A stretch of DNA of 24,000 nucleotides from an uncultured Methanosarcinales archaeon (GTDB lineage Archaea; Nanobdellota; Nanobdellia; Woesearchaeales; UBA10107). Every line of letters begins with the position of its first letter. The stretch's first letter is position 1. The DNA lies in NCBI GenBank assembly GCA_965231065.1, contig OZ246410.1, positions 405,448 through 429,447 on the forward strand, written 5' to 3'. The position numbers and the translations under genes were made by a program. The notes under the pieces were generated by a model. That model saw nothing but the letters and a program-made list of their open reading frames with translations, was not told the origin of the DNA and did no database searches. Shown here one piece after another: positions 7,573 through 15,148 of the stretch.

Positions 7573-8838
7573 ATGGCTCTCGATACGTTCTTCAATCCGC
7601 GATCAATGGCAGTCATCGGCGTCTCTTCGAATCCACAGAAGATCGGCAGGGTGGTATTTGATACATTGCTGAATACAGGTAAGAGAGTATATCCTGTCAA
7701 TCCGAATGCGCAACTTGTCTCGGGCGTCAAATGTTATCCTTCATTGACTGATGTGATAAGAGAGAAAGGAAGGGTTGATGTCATTGTTGTCGCTGTGCCG
7801 GCAGATGTTACCGTGCAGGTGATGGAAGAAGCAGGAAGACAGGGTATAACGCATGCAGTCATCGTCAGCGCAGGTTTCAAGGAAGTCGGTAACCTCGTTG
7901 CAGATAAAAAACTAGTCGATATCTGCGCGAAATATAAGATACAGGTTATCGGTCCGAACTGTCTCGGTATCTTGGATTCATATTCTGGGTTTGATGCAGT
8001 ATTCTTGCCGCCTGATCGGCTGAAACGGCCGAAAAAAGGGGGCATCAGTTTCATCACGCAGTCAGGAGCGACCGGTTCTGTCGTCCTTGATAAGATCGGT
8101 GCTATCGGCGTCTCAAAGTTCATCAGCTATGGGAATGCATTGAATCTCAATGAGACTGATTATTTAGAATATCTGGGCAGGGACAGGACTACCAAGATCA
8201 TCTGTATCTATCTGGAGACCGTCAAGGACGGAAGACGTTTCATGAACGTTGTATCGAAGATTAAGAAACCAATTGTCGTATTGAAAGGCGGAAAGACAAG
8301 AGAGGGCGGTAGTGCAACACTATCACACACTGGTTCTCTGGCAGGAGATGCTGAGATTTACTCAGGCGTGTTCAAACAGCTTGGCATGATCGAGGTCGGT
8401 GGCATCGAACAGATGATCGATGTGCTCTCTGTTTTATCTTCAAAAATCAAAGGAAAAACGATCGGTGTTGTCACCAATGGAGGTGGCTATGGTATTCTCT
8501 CTGTCGATGATCTTATCGCAGCCGGTCTTGACTTCAAAGGTCCCTTTATCGATCTCTTTGGCGATGCGACCAGTGAAGGATACCGAAAGGCGATCAAGGC
8601 GATGAAGACTGATATTATTTTGTGTAATATTTTGTTTCAGACCCCTTTGATCGACGAATCCATCATTGATGTTCTTGTTCAGGCAAGTAAAAAAAAGAAC
8701 ATTGTCACTGTCTGCACCGGTTCTGAATATACGCAGCATATGAAACAGATTTTAAGTAGTCATGGGGTCTGTGTCATAGATACTCCTGAAGAAGCAGTCG
8801 ATGCGATGCGGTTGGTCTTGAAGAATGAACGTTATTGA
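7573..8838 (+). CDS. Acyl-CoA synthetase (ADP/NDP-forming), alpha-type subunit
   Basis: N-terminal CoA-binding domain (FFNPRSMAVIGVSSNPQKIG), succinyl-CoA-synthetase-like ligase domain and phospho-His region LSHTGSLAGD. There is no ATP-grasp (beta) part in this ORF or next to it. Confidence 0.85.
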   Translation: MALDTFFNPRSMAVIGVSSNPQKIGRVVFDTLLNTGKRVYPVNPNAQLVSGVKCYPSLTDVIREKGRVDVIVVAVPADVTVQVMEEAGRQGITHAVIVSAGFKEVGNLVADKKLVDICAKYKIQVIGPNCLGILDSYSGFDAVFLPPDRLKRPKKGGISFITQSGATGSVVLDKIGAIGVSKFISYGNALNLNETDYLEYLGRDRTTKIICIYLETVKDGRRFMNVVSKIKKPIVVLKGGKTREGGSATLSHTGSLAGDAEIYSGVFKQLGMIEVGGIEQMIDVLSVLSSKIKGKTIGVVTNGGGYGILSVDDLIAAGLDFKGPFIDLFGDATSEGYRKAIKAMKTDIILCNILFQTPLIDESIIDVLVQASKKKNIVTVCTGSEYTQHMKQILSSHGVCVIDTPEEAVDAMRLVLKNERY

Positions 8839-9349
8839 TGCTATTCTCAAGGAACAGGAAAAGCTCAACGGAGATAACAGATTTGCGACAATCAACAGAC
8901 AGACAGGACGATTCATCCATCTGTTGATCAAGTTAAAGAATCCAAAGAATGTTCTGGAGATTGGGACATCGATCGGTTATTCAAGCATCTGGATCGCTTC
9001 TGCATTGCAAAAGGGAGCGAAACTCATCACACTTGAACGATGGCCAGAACGTGCAGATCTTGCACGCCGATTCTTCAAACGATCAAGATTGCCGATAACA
9101 TTGCTTGAAGGAGATGCGCTTAAGATCATTCCAAAGCAGAAATTTGATATAGTCTTCATCGACGCTACAAAGTCAGAATACCTCGCATATCTTAAGAAGA
9201 TAAAGCTGAGCAAGAACGCGTTAGTCATGGCTGATAATACGATATCGCACGCAGACAAGATGCAGGATTTCTTAAACTATGTCAATCAGCGAGGAGCGAT
9301 CACTCTTGATATCGGCAAAGGGTTGACACTGTATTCTGTCGGGAAGTAA
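8825..9349 (+). CDS. Class I SAM-dependent O-methyltransferase (family 3, caffeoyl-CoA/YrrM-like)
   Basis: SAM motif VLEIGTSIGYSS, the FDIVFIDATKSEY region and an ADN motif (VMADNT). Overlaps the upstream gene by 14 nt. Confidence 0.8.
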   Translation: MNVIDAILKEQEKLNGDNRFATINRQTGRFIHLLIKLKNPKNVLEIGTSIGYSSIWIASALQKGAKLITLERWPERADLARRFFKRSRLPITLLEGDALKIIPKQKFDIVFIDATKSEYLAYLKKIKLSKNALVMADNTISHADKMQDFLNYVNQRGAITLDIGKGLTLYSVGK

Positions 9350-9352
9350 GAA

Positions 9353-9360
9353 TTTAAATA
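9353..9360 (+). promoter_or_regulatory. TATA box (TTTAAATA) for the dehydrogenase gene
   Basis: 22 nt upstream of the ATG at 9383. Confidence 0.5.
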
Positions 9361-9382
9361 TACTTCATTTATACGCTATACT

Positions 9383-10459
9383 ATGAAGAGGAGATTAGGC
9401 CCTGAAAAAATAATCGAAGTGCACGATAAAAAGACAGGTATGCGCGGTTTCTTAGTCATCGATAACACGAATCGCGGTCCTGGCAAAGGCGGCATACGGA
9501 TGACGTCGACAGTCACAAAAAATGAAGTATTCAGATTGGCGCGGACCATGTCATTCAAGACTGCGATGGCTGATCTTCCTTTTGGCGGTGCAAAAGCAGG
9601 TATCGTAGCGCCGAAAGAAGTGCTTCAAAATCAGGAAAAAAAAGATGCATTTATCAGGGCATTTGCTAAATCTATTAAAAAATATTGTCCGTCGAAGTAT
9701 ATCGCTGCTCCCGATATCAATACTGCAGAGCATGAGATGGAAGTCTTTGCCGGAGTTCTCGGAAAAAGATCCTGCACCGGCAAGCCAGCGAAATTAGGTG
9801 GATTGCCGCATGAATTAGGATCTACCGGACGCGGTGTAGCTCATGCGACGATGATCGCGATGAATCATCTTCATTTGGAACCGAAGAAGACAACATTCGC
9901 GATCGAAGGATTCGGCAATGTCGGCACGTTTTCCGCAAAAGAACTGACTGATCGTGGACTGAAATTAGTCGCGGCGTCTGATTCAAAGGGAGTCATCTAC
10001 AATAAGGGCGGCATCAATTTCAAGAAATTGATGAAGATCAAAAAAGAGACAGGAACCGTGATCAATTATCCCGGAACGGTCTTTCCTTCTCCTGATATCA
10101 TCAAACTGCCTGTCGATATGCTCATCACTGCCGCAGTTCCTGATCTGATACGAAAGGACAATTACGAGCAAGTCAAAGCAAAGGTCATCATTGAAGGATC
10201 CAACATCCCGATGGCATATTCCGTCGAAGAATTATTGCACAAACGCGGCGTGCTTGTCATTCCTGATTTTGTCGCGAACGCCGGCGGTGTGATATCTTCT
10301 TATGTTGAATACAGAGGCGGCACGAAGGCGCAGATGTTCAGATTAATCGAGGAGAAGATAAAGGAAAATACGAAATTGGTCCTTGACCGATCGAAGAAAG
10401 AGCATATCTCTCCGCGTAAAGCAGCGATGAAGATCGCGATCGAGAGGATACTCAGATGA
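9383..10459 (+). CDS. Glu/Leu/Phe/Val-family amino-acid dehydrogenase (GDH-like, short form)
   Basis: GPGKGGIRM and LPFGGAKAGI catalytic-Lys motifs, with a Rossmann motif EGFGNVG. At 358 aa it is shorter than classical hexameric GDH, so substrate specificity cannot be assigned. Confidence 0.85.
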   Translation: MKRRLGPEKIIEVHDKKTGMRGFLVIDNTNRGPGKGGIRMTSTVTKNEVFRLARTMSFKTAMADLPFGGAKAGIVAPKEVLQNQEKKDAFIRAFAKSIKKYCPSKYIAAPDINTAEHEMEVFAGVLGKRSCTGKPAKLGGLPHELGSTGRGVAHATMIAMNHLHLEPKKTTFAIEGFGNVGTFSAKELTDRGLKLVAASDSKGVIYNKGGINFKKLMKIKKETGTVINYPGTVFPSPDIIKLPVDMLITAAVPDLIRKDNYEQVKAKVIIEGSNIPMAYSVEELLHKRGVLVIPDFVANAGGVISSYVEYRGGTKAQMFRLIEEKIKENTKLVLDRSKKEHISPRKAAMKIAIERILR

Positions 10460-10701
10460 ACGCTGATGAATTGGCAGAGATCGGCAGAGTCGGTACAAGG
10501 TGTTACATCCAGCTTGAACTTCCATTTCAAAAGCAATCAACAGGTCTTGAGACTGTCGTTGATCCACCTCTGTGGGATCCTTCTCCAGAAACGCTTGAAA
10601 GACTACATCGGGAAGGAATAGAACAGAGAAGAGCACTGGAACCAGCGTTTAGAAGATCACTCAACCCACCAGGATATTGGGAACGCAGAATATACAAATA
10701 G
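10456..10701 (+). CDS. Hypothetical 81-aa ORF with an N-terminus derived from a DNA-ligase OB-domain segment
   Basis: ATGA overlap with the dehydrogenase stop. It fills the whole gap to the convergent nitroreductase gene. Its first 14 codons (ADELAEIGRVGT) share 30/34 nt with ligase codons at 13014-13047. The rest has no recognised similarity. Confidence 0.35.
   Translation: MNADELAEIGRVGTRCYIQLELPFQKQSTGLETVVDPPLWDPSPETLERLHREGIEQRRALEPAFRRSLNPPGYWERRIYK
10463..10496 (+). repeat. 34-nt copy of a DNA-ligase internal segment (copy A)
   Basis: ctgatgaattggcagagatcggcagagtcggtac here versus ctgatgaattagttgaaatcggcagagtcggtac at 13014-13047. 30/34 identical, including a 17-nt perfect run. Confidence 0.8.
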
Positions 10702-10705
10702 CTGA

Positions 10706-11482
10706 TTATTTTTTCGGCAGAACGCGAGGGATGTCTTCTTTCATTTCGTGTTTCATCTCAGTCATCTTCACTTCTTCCATGAAATGATCCTCGATAGGCA
10801 TCTCTTCTTTCTTTTGACTCTTGAATGATCTGAATAGCGCTTTTATCTTTTCAATCAGATTGAACGATCCTTTCTTCGTTTCCTGCACTGCAGATGAAAC
10901 GACATGTTCCCTGACTGTCCCCCATTCACCGAATGCCATCGCCGCATCTTCGATGCGTGAATTGTATTGCTCGAAGAATATGAATTTTTCCAACGGATAC
11001 TTCGAAGAAGGTTTTGGATTCTCTGCAGCGTAACCGATGGTGATGATTGCGTGCGGTATTGCCGGATGTTCTATTTTGAGCAGATCAGTCAATTTGTCAT
11101 CTACAAATCCAACAACCAGTGAACAGCCCAATCCTAATTCAGTCGCGGCTAAGAGCATATTCTCTGCTGCAAAGGCAGTATCCTGCACGGCATAGATTTT
11201 CTCTCCCCGTTCCCCGAAGAATTTCTTGTTCTTCTTATTTTCAGAGAGAACAACGATATGTACCGGTGCGGTCTGCATCCAACGCTGGTTGCCGCATGTT
11301 TTTGCAATCTCTGCTTTTGTTTCGGTATCGCGCACCAAAATGAAACTTCTGTCCTGAAGGTTTCCTGCGGATGGCGCTAAGCGTCCTGCGTTGAGAATCT
11401 GGCCGATCATCTCTTTTTCGACAGGCCTGTCAAGATATTTTCTGCAGCCGGATCGTTTCTCGATCGCACTCAGTGTGTCCAT
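10706..11482 (-). CDS. Nitroreductase-family flavoprotein with a charged C-terminal extension
   Basis: N-terminal nitroreductase signature (IEKRSGCRKYLDRPV...ILNAGRLAPSAGNLQ). The roughly 85-aa C-terminal tail rich in Lys, Glu and Met has no recognised domain. Confidence 0.8.
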   Translation of the reverse strand: MDTLSAIEKRSGCRKYLDRPVEKEMIGQILNAGRLAPSAGNLQDRSFILVRDTETKAEIAKTCGNQRWMQTAPVHIVVLSENKKNKKFFGERGEKIYAVQDTAFAAENMLLAATELGLGCSLVVGFVDDKLTDLLKIEHPAIPHAIITIGYAAENPKPSSKYPLEKFIFFEQYNSRIEDAAMAFGEWGTVREHVVSSAVQETKKGSFNLIEKIKALFRSFKSQKKEEMPIEDHFMEEVKMTEMKHEMKEDIPRVLPKK

Positions 11483-11504
11483 GGCTGTTTTTGGACGATT
11501 ATTC

Positions 11505-11512
11505 TATTTAAA
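11505..11512 (-). promoter_or_regulatory. TATA box (TTTAAATA) for the nitroreductase gene
   Basis: 22 nt upstream of the ATG at 11482. Confidence 0.5.
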
Positions 11513-11530
11513 CATATCGCTCACAATAGT

Positions 11531-11538
11531 TTTTTAAA
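11531..11538 (+). promoter_or_regulatory. TATA box (TTTTTAAA) for the DNA ligase gene
   Basis: 22 nt upstream of the ATG at 11561 but only 16 nt upstream of the ATG at 11555. This favours 11561 as the start. Confidence 0.5.
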
Positions 11539-11560
11539 CACTGATTGCTGTCCAATGTTC

Positions 11561-13336
11561 ATGGATTATGCAGACTTAGTCGCTGTCTATGAACGTCTTG
11601 AAAAGACAAGCAAACGTCTTGAAAAGACACATATTCTCTCTGAATTTCTAAATACGGTGAGTATCGACTCTCTTCCGTATGTCATCTTATTGTTACAAGG
11701 CAATGTTTTCCCTCCGGTCGAAGAAAAGAAGATTGGTGTGGCTGCGAAATTAGTATTGAAGGCAATCGCGAATTCTGCCGGTATTGCACAGGATAAGGTC
11801 GAGAACCATTGGGCTAAATCAGGAGATCTGGGCGAGACTGCCGCCGAACTCATCGGCAAGAAGAAACAGGTCACGTTATTCCATTCTAAACTGACAGTTA
11901 AAAAAGTAATGGAGAATCTTCGTAAACTAGCGACCTTGGAAGGAGAAGGAATGGTCGGCAGGAAAGTAGATCTCATATCTGAACTACTGACCTCCGCTTC
12001 GCCGCAGGAAGCGAAGTTCATAATCCGTACACTGCTGGAAGAATTACGTGTCGGTGTCGCTGATGGAACACTGCGTGATGCTTTGGTTTGGGCATATTTC
12101 GCCAAAGAGATCGGCTTTACGTATGAGCAAAAAGAAAACGATTTCAAAGTCAAGGATAGAGACAAGTACAATGAATATTCAGGCATCGTGCAGTCAGCAT
12201 ATGATTTGGTGAATGATTTCTCTGAAGTCGCTGTCATGATCAGGAAGGATGGCGTCAAAGGCTTAAACAAACTCTCCATGAAACCAGGCACACCGATCAA
12301 GGTCATGCTCTATCAGAAGGCGAAAGATATCCCGGACGCATTCGAGACCGTCGGCAAACCGTTGCAGTTAGAGTTCAAATTCGACGGATTCAGGATACAG
12401 GCGCATAAGGAGGGAGAGAAGATCGTCCTTTTCACGAGGCGTCTTGAGAATGTCACCACACAATTCCCTGATGTGGTGAAGTTCATCAAGGATCACATCA
12501 AGGCTGATTCCTGTATCTTTGATTCGGAAGCTGTCGGGTATGATCCAAAGACAAAAAAATATGTTGCGTTCCAGAGCATCTCACAGCGTATCAGGAGAAA
12601 ATACGATATCAAGGAAGTGTCGGACAAATTCCCGGTCGAATTGAATATTTTTGATATTATGTATTTTAATGGTGACGTGATGATCAACAAGCCATTCAAA
12701 GAAAGACGAGCCGCGCTCGAGAAGATGCTGCCGAAACCGGTGCCATTCAAGATAAAACTAGCTGATAAGATCATCACCAGTACTATCAAGGAAGCGGAAG
12801 AGTTCTACCATCGTTCACTGCAGGCAGGAAACGAAGGCATCATGGCAAAGAATCTTGAAGGAATCTACAAGCCAGGATCCCGTGTTGGTTATGGTGTGAA
12901 GATAAAGCCAGTCATGGAAACATTAGACCTAGTTATCGTCGGCGCTGAAAAAGGCGAAGGAAAACGGGCAGGATGGCTCAGCTCATATGTTCTTGCATGC
13001 AGAGATGCGGATACTGATGAATTAGTTGAAATCGGCAGAGTCGGTACCGGGTTTAAAGAGAAGGCGGATGAAGGAACTTCTTTTGAAGAGATGACTAATC
13101 TCTTGAAACCTTTGATCATCGAACAAGGGAAAGTTGTGAAGGTTAAACCGAAAATTGTCATCGAAGTGGCGTATGAGGAGATACAGAAGTCTTCTGAATA
13201 TTCGAGCGGTTATGCATTGCGATTCCCGCGATTGGTTCGATTACGGGAAGATAGAGGACCTGGTGATGTCTCTACGTTATACGAAGTCGAAAAGCTCTAC
13301 CATGCACAGCGTGGCAGGGGAAAGAAAAAAGAGTAG
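11561..13336 (+). CDS. lig: ATP-dependent DNA ligase (archaeal/eukaryotic Lig1 type)
   Basis: N-terminal DNA-binding domain, adenylation motif I EFKFDGFR (KxDG), motif V GVKIKP, and an OB domain with GRVGTGF and the C-terminal motif LRFPRLVRLREDR. The ORF track starts two codons earlier (11555); TATA spacing favours 11561. Confidence 0.95.
   Translation: MDYADLVAVYERLEKTSKRLEKTHILSEFLNTVSIDSLPYVILLLQGNVFPPVEEKKIGVAAKLVLKAIANSAGIAQDKVENHWAKSGDLGETAAELIGKKKQVTLFHSKLTVKKVMENLRKLATLEGEGMVGRKVDLISELLTSASPQEAKFIIRTLLEELRVGVADGTLRDALVWAYFAKEIGFTYEQKENDFKVKDRDKYNEYSGIVQSAYDLVNDFSEVAVMIRKDGVKGLNKLSMKPGTPIKVMLYQKAKDIPDAFETVGKPLQLEFKFDGFRIQAHKEGEKIVLFTRRLENVTTQFPDVVKFIKDHIKADSCIFDSEAVGYDPKTKKYVAFQSISQRIRRKYDIKEVSDKFPVELNIFDIMYFNGDVMINKPFKERRAALEKMLPKPVPFKIKLADKIITSTIKEAEEFYHRSLQAGNEGIMAKNLEGIYKPGSRVGYGVKIKPVMETLDLVIVGAEKGEGKRAGWLSSYVLACRDADTDELVEIGRVGTGFKEKADEGTSFEEMTNLLKPLIIEQGKVVKVKPKIVIEVAYEEIQKSSEYSSGYALRFPRLVRLREDRGPGDVSTLYEVEKLYHAQRGRGKKKE
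13014..13047 (+). repeat. 34-nt ligase segment (copy B, inside lig)
   Basis: The partner of 10463-10496. It encodes TDELVEIGRVGT of the ligase OB domain. Confidence 0.8.
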
Positions 13337-13338
13337 TC

Positions 13339-13346
13339 TTTAATAA
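13339..13346 (+). promoter_or_regulatory. TATA box (TTTAATAA) for tRNA-Arg
   Basis: 24 nt upstream of the tRNA 5' end at 13371. Confidence 0.45.
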
Positions 13347-13370
13347 TCGCTTCATAATTCCTCTTTCTAT

Positions 13371-13445
13371 GCCCAAGTAGCATAGCTTGGATAGTGCACA
13401 CGGTTGCGGTCCGTGAGATCCGGGGTTCGAATCCTCGCTTGGGCG
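13371..13445 (+). tRNA. tRNA-Arg (anticodon GCG)
   Basis: Hand-folded cloverleaf of 75 nt. Acceptor GCCCAAG/CTTGGGC, D stem GCAT/GTGC, anticodon stem CACGG/CCGTG with loop TTGCGGT, T arm CGGGG-TTCGAAT-CCTCG, discriminator G. No encoded CCA and no intron. Confidence 0.9.
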
Positions 13446-13543
13446 TTTATTTTCAATTCTATCTATTATTTTCTATATGGAAAGTAATTAGTGTTCTATT
13501 TTCAATATATGTTGTCACTTTTAAGTAATAAATATTAGAAAAG

Positions 13544-13551
13544 TATATAAA
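13544..13551 (+). promoter_or_regulatory. TATA box (TATATAAA) for the GGDEF gene
   Basis: 22 nt upstream of the ATG at 13574, the same geometry as the housekeeping genes. Confidence 0.5.
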
Positions 13552-13573
13552 TGGGTAATACCTACCTAATTAC

Positions 13574-14497
13574 ATGAAAAAGAAGTCTTCTCAGAAGCTG
13601 AAACAGATCATACGAGAGAATAGTCTATTGGAAGAGTTGAATGATCGTCTCAAAGGAGATGTTTCTAGACTCAGTAAAGAAAACGCAGGAATGGAAGACC
13701 AACTTCGTACTCTTCGTCCTAAAGTCGGCAGTTATGAGATGATCTTACGAGCAGCAAAAGAGACATATCCTAAATTAAAGGATGTTCCGCTTGATCTAAT
13801 TCCAGAACGTCTTATCGAACTTTTATCTAATGCAGAACAGGAAGCACTTCAGCATAAGAAGAATTCAATGACTGATGCGTTGACTGGTCTACATAATGTA
13901 CTTTATTATCAGAAGAGTCTTGATGGAGAGGTAGAAGATGCAAGACAAAATAGTACTCCTTTATCCTTGGCATATCTTGATATTGATTTCTTCAAGCAGG
14001 TTAATGATTATAGCGGGCATCCTACGGGAGATGCAATCCTAAAACAAGTCGCAGATCTCCTGACGACATTGCCGAAAACGTACGAGCTTGCTCGTATTGG
14101 TGGCGAAGAGTTTTCAATATTGGTTCCTGGAGGTTACATTTATCCGACGACTCGTGATGATGTCGTGAATGGCTCTTCTGTGTATAAACGGTTGGAAAAT
14201 CTCAGAAAGACTATCCATGATACTGCATTTGTAGACGCAGACGGGAAACCGTATGTACATCATAATAAACGAAGACAGGTTGTCCCGTTAAGTGTTTCAA
14301 TCGGACTTGTTGATTATAACGGTCGCGATACTCCTGCTGAATATGTTAAAAAAGTAGATAGGATACTCTATGCTGCAAAACGAAGAGGAAGAGATAGGAT
14401 CATGACTGATGTTAAGACCTCTCCTGAGACATCTCAGCTTCGATTAAGTGCATTAGAAAAAGCCTTACTTACTAGTGGTGAAAAGAGTAACATTTAA
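13574..14497 (+). CDS. GGDEF-domain protein (diguanylate-cyclase-like) with an N-terminal coiled coil
   Basis: DALTGLHN, metal and substrate region LAYLDIDFFKQVNDYSGHPTGD, intact active-site RIGGEEF, and C-terminal SIGLV...RILYAAKRRGRDR. There is no RxxD I-site five residues upstream of GGEEF (KTYE instead). The first roughly 100 aa are predicted coiled coil with no sensor domain. Confidence 0.85.
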   Translation: MKKKSSQKLKQIIRENSLLEELNDRLKGDVSRLSKENAGMEDQLRTLRPKVGSYEMILRAAKETYPKLKDVPLDLIPERLIELLSNAEQEALQHKKNSMTDALTGLHNVLYYQKSLDGEVEDARQNSTPLSLAYLDIDFFKQVNDYSGHPTGDAILKQVADLLTTLPKTYELARIGGEEFSILVPGGYIYPTTRDDVVNGSSVYKRLENLRKTIHDTAFVDADGKPYVHHNKRRQVVPLSVSIGLVDYNGRDTPAEYVKKVDRILYAAKRRGRDRIMTDVKTSPETSQLRLSALEKALLTSGEKSNI

Positions 14498-14504
14498 ATA
14501 TATA

Positions 14505-14942
14505 ATGGACTACGAAACGATGGCAATGAGCAATACAAATACGGTGGCAGGATTGGAAGATCTTGAGTTCGTCAAGGGAAAGCTATTTCATTACCCTGAT
14601 CGATTCATGAACACAGGCCAGAAACTTGGTTTCTTCTACGTGCTTGCACCAGGTGTAAATCTCATGGACCATGCTGTTATTCTTGGGACGGTCATGTCTC
14701 ACGGATTTAAACGAAGAGCAATCACACCAGCTGGTGGTTTCATAGGTATTCATGTTCCTTACGCTGATGTCGATTACAAATCAACCGGCATGAATGTAGC
14801 GAGATACTTCTCTGACAAGAATATCAAAGTAGGCACCGCGAGTCTCATCGCACTTGAAGGCAATTACGATGTAGCTCAAAAACGACTTGATGATCTTGTA
14901 TCATTCTCTTTGAAAGAAGGCGAACATAAGGAATTACGTTAG
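14505..14942 (+). CDS. Hypothetical protein, co-transcribed partner of the GGDEF gene
   Basis: An ATG at 14505 lies 7 nt after the GGDEF stop. The ORF track uses a GTG at 14475 that would overlap the GGDEF gene. No correctly spaced TATA box of its own. About 145 aa, soluble, no family recognised. Confidence 0.55.
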   Translation: MDYETMAMSNTNTVAGLEDLEFVKGKLFHYPDRFMNTGQKLGFFYVLAPGVNLMDHAVILGTVMSHGFKRRAITPAGGFIGIHVPYADVDYKSTGMNVARYFSDKNIKVGTASLIALEGNYDVAQKRLDDLVSFSLKEGEHKELR

Positions 14943-14944
14943 TT

Positions 14945-15118
14945 CTAGATAGAAAATACAAACAGCGCCCACAATAGAGAACAAGCACCAATGATATATG
15001 GCACAACTGTTCTCGCTTTATAGTTCAATTTTCCAGAAATCGCGCTCTTGACTACTCGTTTTGTCTTCAGTCTCAGGATAAATAACGTCACTAACACCTT
15101 GTCTGTTAAAAAACTCAT
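14945..15118 (-). CDS. Possible 57-aa tail-anchored membrane peptide
   Basis: My own translation, below the ORF-track cutoff: MSFLTDKVLVTLFILRLKTKRVVKSAISGKLNYKARTVVPYIIGACSLLWALFVFSI. GGTG lies 7 nt upstream of the ATG. It sits 30 nt downstream of the helicase stop and fills an otherwise empty 206-nt gap. Confidence 0.25.
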   Translation of the reverse strand: MSFLTDKVLVTLFILRLKTKRVVKSAISGKLNYKARTVVPYIIGACSLLWALFVFSI

Positions 15119-15148
15119 CTCTAAACACCTTTGTTATAGAATTTGCAA

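Noticed and set aside
11592-11629. 17-nt perfect direct repeat with 21-nt period (aacgtcttgaaaagaca twice) in the ligase N-terminus, encoding ERLEKTS-KRLEKTH
   Set aside because: It looked like a recent 7-codon tandem duplication. From memory, however, other archaeal ligases have the same bipartite LEKT..L.KT pattern at this position, so the protein-level repeat is probably ancestral. The nucleotide identity is still worth a glance in an alignment.
11587-12306. 239-aa minus-strand ORF inside the DNA ligase gene
   Set aside because: It is antisense to a strongly conserved coding region. The product is Ser/Thr/Phe-rich and low in complexity, with no motif and no promoter, so it is a typical shadow ORF.
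13448-13506. 10-nt direct repeat TATTTTCAAT (13448-13457 and 13497-13506) just after tRNA-Arg, considered as an att-site remnant
   Set aside because: The repeat is short and lies in a very A/T-rich spacer. It has no similarity to the tRNA 3' end and no integrase is nearby. It is compatible with chance or promoter-region composition.
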